This document shows, piece after piece, positions 48,878 through 58,840 of a stretch of DNA of 64,000 nt. The DNA is from Planctomycetota bacterium (GTDB lineage Bacteria; Planctomycetota; GCA-002687715; CAIWVZ01). The DNA is taken from positions 512,001-576,000 of the forward strand of contig JBGANV010000002.1 in NCBI GenBank assembly GCA_044222185.1, in the 5' to 3' direction. The notes below the pieces were generated by a model that saw only the letters and a program-made list of their open reading frames with translations, made no database searches and had not been told where the DNA came from. Position 1 is the stretch's first letter. Every line of letters begins with the position of its first letter. The position numbers and the translations under genes were made by a program.

Positions 48878-48960
48878 GTCGGCGCGTTGGGCCATGCATC
48901 AAACCATGCGCCGGGCCATGCGCCGGCAGTCGTCGAAGCCGACGAACCTTCGGCGCGGGG

Positions 48961-49971
48961 TTACCGCCCCCTGACCTTCTTCGCCCCGGCGAGAAACACC
49001 TCCCAATCGAAAGCGGGGCCGGGGTCGTACTTCTGATCGTCCAGGTGATAGTGACCGACGATCCCTTCGAACGACGATCGCAAGGGTTCGACGAGCTCAT
49101 TCGTGACGACCTTGCCCGATCGGTCGCGCGGCACCTCGAGCTTGATCCGCGGAAACACCGCCCTGAGCCCCGCGGCCAGACGCCACAGGGATTCGTATTG
49201 CGCCTTGGTGAAGTCGTACTGGACGAACTTGGAGCGCTGGATCGTTCCCGACAACAACTGTGGTCGCGCCGGCCTGGGGATCGCATCGCGACGAAACTGA
49301 AGCCCGAGCCGAGCCCGCTCGGGGAAGAGGTTGCGGATCTCGCCGGTCGCGTCGGGCGCATACCACTCTTCGAGAAGTTTGGGCGTCGACATCGCTCCGA
49401 TGTTCGCGATCTCGACGCCGATCGACCGATCGTTCGCGTCCTTGGCGTGGAACGCCCGGTCGCGAAGGTCCAGCGTCTGATAGATCGTCCCATCGAGGTC
49501 GAGCATGAAGTGGACGGAGAGCCCGCGGTTGTCGTGAAGGGCGCGGAAGCAACGCTCAGAACTTCCGACGGCGTCGTAGTGCAGGACGAACTGGTGGATC
49601 TGTTCTCGAAGCTCGGGGAGACCCCATCCATGGTCGCGCAGCCGCCTGAGCGCCGCGGCACCGAGTCCCACGGGCGCACGTGCGCCATACCGCAGGTTCG
49701 AAGCCGCGGGCCGGCTCGCCAGGTCGGACGGCAACTCCTGATTGCTGAAGCGGCACTTCGTCGAATACGCGTTGAACCCGACACGGTCGCTCCAAAGGAT
49801 CACGGGCGTGCCGATGTCGAATCGCTCGTCGCAGACCACGATCGCGGTGGTCGGGATGAAGGGCGGCTCCGGTGGCGGGGCGGGCGCCGGCACCGGTGCC
49901 GGCGTCTTTTTTCCGCATCCTGTGAGGGCGAGGGCGATCAGGAGCGCGAGAGACGGGATGCTGCAACGCAT
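48961..49971 (-). CDS. N-acetylmuramoyl-L-alanine amidase (Amidase_2), lipoprotein
   Basis: Lipobox LTGC; VLHYD, LSVHF...DGTIYQ, AFHA...NDRSIGVEI, IVGH...KYDPG. Confidence 0.88.
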   Translation of the reverse strand: MRCSIPSLALLIALALTGCGKKTPAPVPAPAPPPEPPFIPTTAIVVCDERFDIGTPVILWSDRVGFNAYSTKCRFSNQELPSDLASRPAASNLRYGARAPVGLGAAALRRLRDHGWGLPELREQIHQFVLHYDAVGSSERCFRALHDNRGLSVHFMLDLDGTIYQTLDLRDRAFHAKDANDRSIGVEIANIGAMSTPKLLEEWYAPDATGEIRNLFPERARLGLQFRRDAIPRPARPQLLSGTIQRSKFVQYDFTKAQYESLWRLAAGLRAVFPRIKLEVPRDRSGKVVTNELVEPLRSSFEGIVGHYHLDDQKYDPGPAFDWEVFLAGAKKVRGR

Positions 49972-50143
49972 GGCGGTGAAAAGGCCGGCGATTGTAGCCG
50001 GCACGGGTCGGCGGGCACGGAGCGCCATTTCTCGCCGCCCGTAGGGGGAGAGCCACCCTCCGCACGTTCGGTCAGAATGTGTGCATCCCCGTGAAACGTT
50101 CGATCATCGGCGGGATGTCATGAACTGAACCCGGCGTGCACCC

Positions 50144-53100
50144 ATGTCGTCATCCATGCCATTTCGCAACCTCGAGGAAACCGTGCGCTCGCACGGCGCA
50201 TTCGTGCGCAATCTCGCGCGGCGACTCGTCCTCGGCGACGACAAGGCCGGCGACCTGGAGCAGCAGACCTGGCTCGCGGCCATGGAGAGCCCGCCGCGCC
50301 GCGCCGGTGTGCGCGGCTGGCTCGCGACGGTCGTGCGGAATTTCGCGCGACGCGCGCATCGCGCGGAGGTGCGGCGCGAGCACCGCGAGAGCGTAGCGGC
50401 CCGGCCCGAGGCGATCTCGTCCGCGGCGGACGTGGTGCAGCGGCAGGCCGTCATCCGACAGGTGATCGACGCCGTGTTCGCGCTGGAGGAGCCCTATCGC
50501 TCGACGCTCCTTCTACATTTCTACGAGAACCTGCAGCCGGCCGAGATCGCGGAGCAACTCGGCGTTCCGGCAGCCACCGTGCGCACGCGTTTGAAGCGCG
50601 GGCTCGACCAGCTACGCGACTGGTTCGACGCACGACACGGCGGCGATCGCGATCAGTGGACGATGGCGCTGATGCCCGTGGCACTTGGCGCGCTCAAGCC
50701 CGTCGTCGCGGCAGCCGCTGCGGCGGGCGCAGGCGCGGCACTCACCACGGCGGCGGCGTCAACCACGCCAATCACGGCACTCGGAGGCATCATCGTGGCG
50801 AAGAAGATCGGGATCGCGCTGGGCGCGTGTTGCGTGCTGGCCGTTTCAGTCATCGTGTGGAAGCAGATCGTGGTTGCCCCGGATCCCGTCGATCCGGGCA
50901 CCGTTTCGGTCCGCGAGGTTCCCTCGACGGAGCGCACGGCGTTCAACGACGGCGGGAAACCGGTGACGCCCATCGATGGCGCGAAGGTGACGGCCAAGCC
51001 ATTCGTCCCGACCGGCGATGAGATGACGCCCAGCGCCATGGCGATCGCGGCCGGCAAGCCCACGGCCCGCATCACCGGGCGCGTCGTCGATGAAGAGGGC
51101 CGGCCCGTGGCGGATGCGGCGGTCACGATGGACCTCTCGGAGAGCCGGTCGGGCGTGGATGCCGTGGTCGAGAACGTCGTCGAGGGCGGTGACAATCGCA
51201 CGACGCGGACGACGACGGACGGGCGCTTCCACTTCGCCGGAGTCCCCGTGGACTTCGACGCGAGCGTCCATGTGAAGCCGACGACGCTTTGTGACGCCAA
51301 CCGGACGGTGCCGGTGACCAAGCCCGTCGACGTGGACATGGGCGACCTCGTCGCAAAGCGCGGCGGGACGCTCGCGGGCCAGGTCCTCGGTCCGACGGGC
51401 GCACCGATCAAGGGCGCCAAGGTCCGCGCCTGGACGCCCGCCAAGAGCGGCAGCCCTGGGATCATGATCTTCGGTGGAGGATTCCCGGGCGGCGGCGAGG
51501 GCCGCAGCACCGTCACGGATGCAGATGGCCGTTATCGGATCGAAGGGATTGCGGAAGGCCCGTGCTCGGCCGCCGCCAGCGCCGAAGACTGCCAGGTCCT
51601 CACTCGCACCGGGCTTCGCGTGACGAAAGGCCAGGTGACGTGGGAGGCCGACTTCAAGCTCGCGGCCGGCACCGTCATCGAAGGCGTGGTGCGCAACCCC
51701 GACGGCAAGCCCGTGGCCGGAGCGCGCGTCAGCGCCCGGCCGGCGGCGCTCACCATCGGAGTGGATCGCGGCGGGCTGAGCGGCGAACGCCGCGAGGTCG
51801 TCACGGGCGCCGACGGGCGATTCGTCGTTCGCGGACTGAGTGACGAACCCCAGGCCGTTCGCGCCCGCGTTCCAGGTTTCCTTCCCGGCGACGCCGCATC
51901 CGTCCCGCCTGGGACGACGGATCTGGTGTTGGCGCTGCGCCCGAGCGCGCTCGTCTGGGGAATCCTCGCCGACTCGACCAATGGCAGGCCAGTCGCCGAC
52001 TTCACTGCCAGCACGGGAACGATGTTCTTCGGGCCGAACGGCGGACCGGGAACCCGCGTGTGGAAGGGCGCCGAGGCCGCTCAGGCGGCGAACGTCGCCG
52101 ACCAGCCCGGCCTCTTTGCGGTCACGGACGTCCCGGAATCGGGCATGACTCTGCGCTTCGTCGCCAAGGGCTACGGCACGACGTCGTTCGAGACCAAGCC
52201 GACGCCCGGCGAGAAGATCGAGATCAAGCCGCGCCTCATCCCCGAGTGCGTGGTCAGCGGGCTCGTCGTCGACCCGAGCGGCAACCCGGTGGCGGGAGCC
52301 CGCGTCGTCGTCGCGACCCTGAAGCCCGAGCGTGACGAGGCTCGCGATGCAGGTCCGACGGGCGTGCGGGTCGCGCGTCGCGTCGTGCGCCGGGAAGTCG
52401 TCGCGGGTTCCCCGGGCGGCGGCGGACTCAAGATCGAGGAAACGCCGTCGAATGGGAGCGCCGAGACGGGCCCCGATGGCAGCTTCAGGATCGGTGGTCT
52501 GCGGGAAGGCGAATTCACGATCGTTGCCATGCATCGCGAGTACGCCGACGTCAAAGGCGACAACATCACGCTGAAGCCCGGCGCGCCGCTCGAGAATCTC
52601 AAGCTGTCGTTGATGCCTGCAGGGAAGCTCGCGGGTACCGCACTCGACGCGGACGGTCGGCCGCTGGCCGGCGCCAAGGTGTATGCGGAGCGCCAGACGG
52701 AGGGCGGCGCGAACGGACCAGGCAACGAGTTCGACTTCGGCAGTGATCTGCGGCAGACCGCAGTCGCCGACGCCCGCGGGCACTACGAGATCACGGCGCT
52801 CATGCCAGGCGACTACCGTGCGGGCATCGTCGAGCGGCCACGGGGCGGCGGCATGGTCATGTTCATGGGCAACGGCAGTCGGGACGGCGCGAAGACCGGC
52901 ACGGAAGTGAAGATCGAGGCGGGCAAGACGACGACGCAGGATCTGCGGCAGGCGCCCAAGGGCGGCCTCGCCGGAGTGATCCGCGAAGCCGGCAAGCCGG
53001 CCGTCGGCGTGAAGGTCTCACTGGCTCAGGACGGCCTCGGCGGCTTCGTCTTCGGCGGCGGAATGAGCACGACCACGGACGACGCCGGCGCCTACTCGTT

Positions 53101-53833
53101 CGAGGGCGTCGACCCCGGCAACTACGACCTCAGCGTGGATCCTCCGGGAGCGGCGCAGCCGATCGCGCGCCCCACGACCATCGCCATGCGACAGGAAACG
53201 CGCCTCGACGTGGATCTGCCCACGGGATCCATCGAGGGCGTCATCGTCGACAAGAACACCCGCAAGCCGGTCGCGGGCCTCGAAGTGAAGGCACAACCCG
53301 CGAGCAAGCCGGGCGAGCAGACACGAACCGTGCGCGCGTTCGCCGTCAGCATCGCCAACAACGGCGACGAGCCGCAGTCGATCACGTTCGGCAGCGACAA
53401 CTCGAGCGTCCGGACGGACGAGGCCGGGCACTTCGTGCTGAAGTACCTGGAGGCGAAGGACTACGTCGTCTCCGCCGAAGGCAACGGGTACATGAAGACG
53501 TCGAAGGACTCGGTCACGGTGGAGGAGGGGAAGGCCACCAAGGGCGTGAACCTCGACACGGAGAAGGGGGCGACGATCATCGTGACGCCCGACCTCGGCG
53601 GCAAGACGGCGTCGTTCTTCCTCGGAGAGTTGTCCCTCGTCGATGCGAAGGATGAGGAGTCGAAGCACGAGAGCGGCAGCCCCCGCAAGCCCATCAAGTT
53701 CACGGGGCTGAAGGCGGGCCGGTATCGCATCCGCGTTCACGTGCCGCAGGATGGTGACGAAGAGCTGTCCGGCGAGACCACGATCGACGTGGCTCCGGGC
53801 GCAGAGATGAAGGTGCCACTCCGATTGAACTGA
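50144..53833 (+). CDS. ECF sigma factor fused via a TM to a large carboxypeptidase-regulatory-like repeat region
   Basis: AGDLEQQTWL, RGWLATVVRN, LEEPYR...EIAEQLGVPAATVRTRLKRG; TM near aa 222-240; about 8 GxVxDxxGxPVAGAxV...TDxDGxF repeats. Confidence 0.9.
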   Translation: MSSSMPFRNLEETVRSHGAFVRNLARRLVLGDDKAGDLEQQTWLAAMESPPRRAGVRGWLATVVRNFARRAHRAEVRREHRESVAARPEAISSAADVVQRQAVIRQVIDAVFALEEPYRSTLLLHFYENLQPAEIAEQLGVPAATVRTRLKRGLDQLRDWFDARHGGDRDQWTMALMPVALGALKPVVAAAAAAGAGAALTTAAASTTPITALGGIIVAKKIGIALGACCVLAVSVIVWKQIVVAPDPVDPGTVSVREVPSTERTAFNDGGKPVTPIDGAKVTAKPFVPTGDEMTPSAMAIAAGKPTARITGRVVDEEGRPVADAAVTMDLSESRSGVDAVVENVVEGGDNRTTRTTTDGRFHFAGVPVDFDASVHVKPTTLCDANRTVPVTKPVDVDMGDLVAKRGGTLAGQVLGPTGAPIKGAKVRAWTPAKSGSPGIMIFGGGFPGGGEGRSTVTDADGRYRIEGIAEGPCSAAASAEDCQVLTRTGLRVTKGQVTWEADFKLAAGTVIEGVVRNPDGKPVAGARVSARPAALTIGVDRGGLSGERREVVTGADGRFVVRGLSDEPQAVRARVPGFLPGDAASVPPGTTDLVLALRPSALVWGILADSTNGRPVADFTASTGTMFFGPNGGPGTRVWKGAEAAQAANVADQPGLFAVTDVPESGMTLRFVAKGYGTTSFETKPTPGEKIEIKPRLIPECVVSGLVVDPSGNPVAGARVVVATLKPERDEARDAGPTGVRVARRVVRREVVAGSPGGGGLKIEETPSNGSAETGPDGSFRIGGLREGEFTIVAMHREYADVKGDNITLKPGAPLENLKLSLMPAGKLAGTALDADGRPLAGAKVYAERQTEGGANGPGNEFDFGSDLRQTAVADARGHYEITALMPGDYRAGIVERPRGGGMVMFMGNGSRDGAKTGTEVKIEAGKTTTQDLRQAPKGGLAGVIREAGKPAVGVKVSLAQDGLGGFVFGGGMSTTTDDAGAYSFEGVDPGNYDLSVDPPGAAQPIARPTTIAMRQETRLDVDLPTGSIEGVIVDKNTRKPVAGLEVKAQPASKPGEQTRTVRAFAVSIANNGDEPQSITFGSDNSSVRTDEAGHFVLKYLEAKDYVVSAEGNGYMKTSKDSVTVEEGKATKGVNLDTEKGATIIVTPDLGGKTASFFLGELSLVDAKDEESKHESGSPRKPIKFTGLKAGRYRIRVHVPQDGDEELSGETTIDVAPGAEMKVPLRLN

Positions 53834-53843
53834 GAGATCGCGC

Positions 53844-54788
53844 TCAGTGTTCCGCGCAGCGGTTCACTTCCACGGTCACGTGGGTGAGCTCGTGGATGCC
53901 GGCCAGGCTCTCGCGGACGCGCTCGGGTTCGATCGCCTCGTGAGCGACCAGTGAGAGCTGGCACGCGAGCTGGCCCGGGCCGAACTCCCAGATGTGGACG
54001 TCGGCCACGTCCGCGTCCCAGCTCTGGCTGATCGTTTCCCGCACGGCCGACTCCACGCCGCAACTCGGGGTGAAGTCCAACAGCGTGCGGCTCGAATCGC
54101 GGATGAGGCCGATGGTCCACACGAGGACGAGCCCCATGCCCACGAGTCCGATCAGCGGATCGAGGAGCGTCCAGCCCATGGCGCGTCCGCCCCAGAGAGC
54201 GAGGATCGCGAGGACGCTCGTGCAGGCGTCGGCGACGACGTGGAGGAACGCCGCCCGATGGTTGTGGTCCCGTGCCGCATGCACGTGGCCGGTCGTGTGC
54301 GCGTGCCCGTGGTCCGCCTCGTGAGGCTCGTCGTCGCGAAGCAGCCACGCGCTCACGACGTTGACGAGGAGGCCGGCCACCGCCGTGGTCAGCGCCGCAT
54401 CGAATCCGATGGGGATGGGTCGGATCAGCCGCTCCACACTCTGCCAGCCCGTCGCGAGGGCGATGCCCCCAAGGATCAGCGCGGAGGTGTATCCGCCCAG
54501 CGCGTTGAGCTTCCCGGTCCCGAAGCTCATGCGGGACCGGAAGCGCGCACTGCGGCTCGCCACGTAGACGAGCCATGCCAGCGCCATCGCGACCGCGTGG
54601 GACGACATGTGCCAGCCGTCCGCGACGAGTGCCATGGAGCCCGTCGCATACCCGACCACCAGTTCGATGATCATCGTGACCACCGTTAGGATCAGCACCC
54701 AGCGCGTCGCACGTTCGCGTCCGGGAGCGTGGCTCGTGTGCGTGTCGTGGAGTCGACTCCACCGCTCGGTCTGCGTCGGGTGCTTCAC
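53844..54788 (-). CDS. dmeF: CDF family Co(II)/Ni(II) efflux transporter (DmeF-like)
   Basis: GSMALVADGWHMSSH, FGTGK, His-rich loop, DHNHRAAFLHVVAD, DVHIW, HVTVEVN. Confidence 0.85.
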   Translation of the reverse strand: MKHPTQTERWSRLHDTHTSHAPGRERATRWVLILTVVTMIIELVVGYATGSMALVADGWHMSSHAVAMALAWLVYVASRSARFRSRMSFGTGKLNALGGYTSALILGGIALATGWQSVERLIRPIPIGFDAALTTAVAGLLVNVVSAWLLRDDEPHEADHGHAHTTGHVHAARDHNHRAAFLHVVADACTSVLAILALWGGRAMGWTLLDPLIGLVGMGLVLVWTIGLIRDSSRTLLDFTPSCGVESAVRETISQSWDADVADVHIWEFGPGQLACQLSLVAHEAIEPERVRESLAGIHELTHVTVEVNRCAEH

Positions 54789-54891
54789 GGTCTAGGCTTC
54801 GTCAGGGAACGGTGCGGCGCATGATAGCGGGGTGAGAACACTTCGCGTGTGACGGAGCGCGGGGTTTGATCCACGGAACAGTCCAAAACCG

Positions 54892-55704
54892 ATGCGGCTG
54901 AAGATCAATGACCTGGGGCTCTCCATTCTGGCCGAGGTCGGCGGGTTGGAGGACCTGCACTTCGGCTGGTTCGAGCCGGACGAACCGGCCACGCTCGACG
55001 CGTTGCGGGTGGCGCAGAAGCGATACACGCACAAGCTCCTCGATCAGATCCCATTGACCCGAGGCCGGGTTCTGGACGTGGGGTGCGGGACCGGAATCAT
55101 CACTGAGGAGTTGCGCCGGCGTGGCTTCGATGCCGAAGGGCTCGGCCCCAATCCGGACCTCATCGCGCGCGCGCGGGCCCGGCTCGGCCCTGGCGCTGTA
55201 CTCCACGAAACCACGCTCGAGAACTTCTCAGGAACTGGTCCGTACGACGTCATTCTGATGGCGGAGTCGGTCCAGTACCTCAATCGGGTGCGAGGACTCG
55301 CCAAGGCCGCCGCGCTACTGCGGCCCGGTGGCCATCTCGTTCTCGCAGACGTGTTTCGCGTGCGTGCCCTCGATCAACCGTGGCTGACGCGGGCCGGCCA
55401 TCGCCACGAGAATTTTCTCCGCACGGCCGCGGGTGCGGGGTTCCGCGTGGATTGTGACCAGGACATTACTTTCCAGGTCCTCCCGACTCTCACTCTCTAT
55501 CACGAGGTGCTCTCGCGGCGCGTGGTGCCCGCACTCGATCTCGTGGCCCGGGAGTTCCAGCGTTCCGCACCATTCATCACGAGGCTGGTCCGGCTCGTCA
55601 CGGGTTCCAAGCTGCGGTTGCTGCGCGAGCGCTACCTGCATCAGGATCCGGAGACGTTCCAGCGCTACCGGACCTATCGCCTGATGCGTCTCACGCGCGG
55701 GTGA
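54892..55704 (+). CDS. Class I SAM-dependent methyltransferase (sterol/tocopherol MTase-like)
   Basis: LHFGWF, VLDVGCGTG, YDVIL..ES..Y, LLRPGG.LVLAD. Confidence 0.85.
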   Translation: MRLKINDLGLSILAEVGGLEDLHFGWFEPDEPATLDALRVAQKRYTHKLLDQIPLTRGRVLDVGCGTGIITEELRRRGFDAEGLGPNPDLIARARARLGPGAVLHETTLENFSGTGPYDVILMAESVQYLNRVRGLAKAAALLRPGGHLVLADVFRVRALDQPWLTRAGHRHENFLRTAAGAGFRVDCDQDITFQVLPTLTLYHEVLSRRVVPALDLVAREFQRSAPFITRLVRLVTGSKLRLLRERYLHQDPETFQRYRTYRLMRLTRG

Positions 55705-56163
55705 AAGGAATGACCGCGAGGGAGTAATGGAGCCTGCCGCCCGTCTTGGGTGGTTGTTCTCCGCGTCGGCAGGTGCTCACCGAAAAAAGTGGACAAAGGA
55801 ATGTCCCTCGGCGATCACGAATCGACGTCGAGCCTTCTCGTCCGTCTGTAACGGTGAAGCCTCGACCCGAAGCATCGAGTGCGGACGGCGGCAGAGGCCG
55901 ATCACGCAACGAACGTCCGATCTGGAACGTCTCACGAAACAACGTGGGCTTCGGGATCACCCGAAGCCCATCGAACGAACACGCAGCTCCTGTGGCCCCC
56001 TTGACGGTTTTTTTTCCAACGCTTCACCTTACGTCTCGACACGGGTCCTGGGGCTGCGCAAACAGCGGCCGTACTCTACAGGCCTTGGGCGCGCGGTGTG
56101 GAATGTCGCGGTGACATTTTTTGCCGGCCCCTGACCTGGAACAGGCACAGCCAGATTCGCACC

Positions 56164-56200
56164 GATCGGCGGCCCGGGACCTTGACCCGGGCCGCCGATC
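56164..56200. promoter_or_regulatory. Perfect 15-bp inverted repeat hairpin
   Basis: GATCGGCGGCCCGGG-N7-CCCGGGCCGCCGATC, ending 27 nt before the CHAD-CYTH ATG. Confidence 0.55.
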
Positions 56201-56227
56201 AGCGTTTGCTGGGCCCGTACCGCGGCC

Positions 56228-57616
56228 ATGGCACGACCCAAATCCAGGACTGACGAGCGGATAGACCCACGGATCCCGGCCCCGGAAGGCGTTCGAAGGA
56301 TTGCGCGGGCGCACCTTCAGGCGGCGGATCGCGCCATGGACCGCCTGGCGGCCGGCGACGACCCCGAGGCGCTGCACGACGCGCGAGTCGCGGTCCGGCG
56401 GCTTCGAACCTGGCTTCGGGCCTTCCGCGACCATTCCCGGGACACCGTGAAAAAGCGTCAGTTGCGCGCGCTCGGAGACTGGATGGACCGGACGAACGCC
56501 GGGCGGGACGCCGAGGTCCACCTCATGCTGGCGCGGCGGCTGTTGCGGTTCGCCCCTCCCCGATCGCGTGCCGCCATGACGGGTTTCCTCGGCATGCTCC
56601 AACAGCAGGTCGTCGACGCGCGCCCGACGGGCGACGGGAACCTGAGCGCGCCGTGGCGCACGTTGCGCCTCCAGCTGCGCAAGGCGCTCGCGAAGTACCG
56701 GCGTGAGGTTCGCCTGGATGGTGACGTTCCGCCGACGGCGTTCGGGGCAGCCCATGGCGCGGCGATCCGCCGGGCAGCGGACGAGATGGCCGAATGCGCG
56801 GCGGAGGCGGGCGCGGCCGGCGGCGATGCGGCGCCCCTGCACGCCTTGAGGATCGCCGCCAAGCGTGCTCGATACGTGATCGAGCCGCTGCGGAACGAGC
56901 TCAAGTCGGCACGCTCGGCGATCCTCTCGCTCACGGAGCTGCAGGACGTCCTCGGCGAGACCCACGATCGCCAGCTGATGATCGCTCGATCGCTCCACGT
57001 CGATGCGCGCGCACTCGGCTGGCTTGCAACGCGGCTCCAGGCCGACGTGACGAAACGCACGGATGATCTCCGGACCACCTGGCTCGCGCGACGGATGCCG
57101 CGCCTCCTCGCGGCATTGCGGCGGATCGCCTCGGCGCGAGAGCAGGCGGGCCGCTCGGGCGTGGAGATCGAGCGGAAGTACCTCCTGAACGGCGTCCCGG
57201 ACGAGGTCGCGGGACGGGTGGTTCACCAGATCCGACAAGGCTGGCTGCCGGGGAAGATCCTGCGGGAGCGCCTCCGCGCCGTGAGGGCCGGCGACGGCCC
57301 GGAGCGGTTCTTCCGGACGGTGAAGGGCGGCGTGGGACTTTCCCGCATCGAACTGGAGGAAGAGGCCGACGCGGCCCTGTTCCGCCGCCTCTGGCCCCTC
57401 ACGCGCGGCCGGCGCGTCGTGAAGGACCGCATCCCGATCCCCGCGGGCGACTTCGTCTGGGAGATCGACGTGTTCCGCGATCGAGCGCTCGTTCTCGCGG
57501 AAGTCGAGCTGCCTTCGCCCGAAGTCGAGCCCGCGGTGCCGCCGTGGCTCGCGGGCCACGTCGTCCGCGACGTCACGGGCGATCCGCGGTATGCAAACAG
57601 CAATCTGGCCCGCTGA
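56228..57616 (+). CDS. CHAD domain + CYTH domain protein (polyphosphate/triphosphate metabolism)
   Basis: LHDARVAVRRLR, LHALRIAAKRARY, LQDVLGETHD; then EIERKYL, RTVK, KDR, WEIDVF, LAEVE, YANSNLA. Confidence 0.9.
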   Translation: MARPKSRTDERIDPRIPAPEGVRRIARAHLQAADRAMDRLAAGDDPEALHDARVAVRRLRTWLRAFRDHSRDTVKKRQLRALGDWMDRTNAGRDAEVHLMLARRLLRFAPPRSRAAMTGFLGMLQQQVVDARPTGDGNLSAPWRTLRLQLRKALAKYRREVRLDGDVPPTAFGAAHGAAIRRAADEMAECAAEAGAAGGDAAPLHALRIAAKRARYVIEPLRNELKSARSAILSLTELQDVLGETHDRQLMIARSLHVDARALGWLATRLQADVTKRTDDLRTTWLARRMPRLLAALRRIASAREQAGRSGVEIERKYLLNGVPDEVAGRVVHQIRQGWLPGKILRERLRAVRAGDGPERFFRTVKGGVGLSRIELEEEADAALFRRLWPLTRGRRVVKDRIPIPAGDFVWEIDVFRDRALVLAEVELPSPEVEPAVPPWLAGHVVRDVTGDPRYANSNLAR

Positions 57617-57667
57617 CGATCCGCGCTTGTCCGGCCAGGGGTCGATCACTACGCTTCCCCCCGGCGC

Positions 57668-58840
57668 ATGCGGGACTTGGATTTCGTCTACATCGATCGC
57701 CCCGAGCAGTTTCGGGAGGCCCTTCGCGAGCTGGAGGCTGCCCCGGCGCTCGGCATCGACACGGAGGCTGACAGCCTCTATCGCTATCGGGAGCGCGTCT
57801 GCTTCCTGCAGATCGGCATCGGCGAGCGGGCGTTCCTCATCGACACGCTCGCGGTCCGCGAGCTGGACGGGCTGCGGCCCATCTTCGAAAGTCCCGACCG
57901 GGTGAAGATCTTCCACGGCGCCGACTACGACGTGGCGTCCTTGTTCCGCGACTTCGGGTTCACGTTCACGAACGTATTCGACACCATGCTGGCGGCCCAG
58001 ATCCTGGGGCGCGAGCAGCTCGGGCTCGCGGCGCTCGTGCGCGAGTTCTTCGGTGTCGATCTGGACAAGTCCCTCACGAGGCATGACTGGGGCCGTCGTC
58101 CGCTGGACCCGCCCTACATCCGCTACCTGGCGGAAGACGTGATCTTCCTCGCCGAACTCCGCCGCAATCTCACGCGCGAACTGCGCGCCCACGACGTCGA
58201 GGAGGAGGCATCCATCGAATTTGGCCGCGTGGCGCGTCTGGCGACGCCGCGGGAGCCATTCGATCCGGAGGGCTTCCGCGACATCAAGGGTGCGCGGGAT
58301 CTGGATCACGACGGGCTTTCCATTCTCCGCGAGCTCTACCTCCTGCGTGATCGACTCGCGCGTGAGGCCGACCGTCCTCCGTTCAAGGTGCTGCTGAACC
58401 AGACGATGATCGACGCGGCAGCGCGAAAACCCCGGGACCTCTCCGAGTTGCGGCGGATCCCCGGGTTCAACGACTCCGTCGTGCGGCGCGTGGGGGACCT
58501 GGTGCTTCGCGCGATAGCCGACGGGCTGCGCAACCGTGCAGGTCTCGTGTTCCGGTTGCCGCGACAGGGGCAGCGACCGCCGGACGAGCAGCTCGCCTGC
58601 GGCGAGGCCCTGAAGGAGTGGCGACGCGCCACCGCCGAGCGCGACCGTCGAACGACGCTGGCGGTCCTGCCGAACCACCTGATCGCCCGGTTGGCGGAAA
58701 TCCGCCCGATGACGCGCGAGCAGCTCGCGGCGGTGCCCCACCTGGGCGCGCGCAGGGTCGAGCGGTACGGGGACGAGATCCTCGCCGTCGTCGCCAACCC
58801 GGGAAAGCCGCGTCATCCGCGGTCAGGCCGGCGGCGATAG
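57668..58840 (+). CDS. rnd: Ribonuclease D (DEDDy exonuclease + two HRDC domains)
   Basis: IDTEADSLYRY, KIFHGADYD, FDTMLAA, DWGRRPL, YLAEDV; two HRDC domains. Confidence 0.9.
   Translation: MRDLDFVYIDRPEQFREALRELEAAPALGIDTEADSLYRYRERVCFLQIGIGERAFLIDTLAVRELDGLRPIFESPDRVKIFHGADYDVASLFRDFGFTFTNVFDTMLAAQILGREQLGLAALVREFFGVDLDKSLTRHDWGRRPLDPPYIRYLAEDVIFLAELRRNLTRELRAHDVEEEASIEFGRVARLATPREPFDPEGFRDIKGARDLDHDGLSILRELYLLRDRLAREADRPPFKVLLNQTMIDAAARKPRDLSELRRIPGFNDSVVRRVGDLVLRAIADGLRNRAGLVFRLPRQGQRPPDEQLACGEALKEWRRATAERDRRTTLAVLPNHLIARLAEIRPMTREQLAAVPHLGARRVERYGDEILAVVANPGKPRHPRSGRRR

Noticed and set aside
48620-49036. 138-aa ORF across the repeat
   Set aside because: No RBS, atypical codons, and it overlaps the amidase 3' end; substitutions between repeat units are not mainly synonymous.
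56024-58816. 930-aa minus-strand ORF
   Set aside because: Antisense shadow of CHAD-CYTH and RNase D; no motifs. Long shadow ORFs are expected at this GC content.
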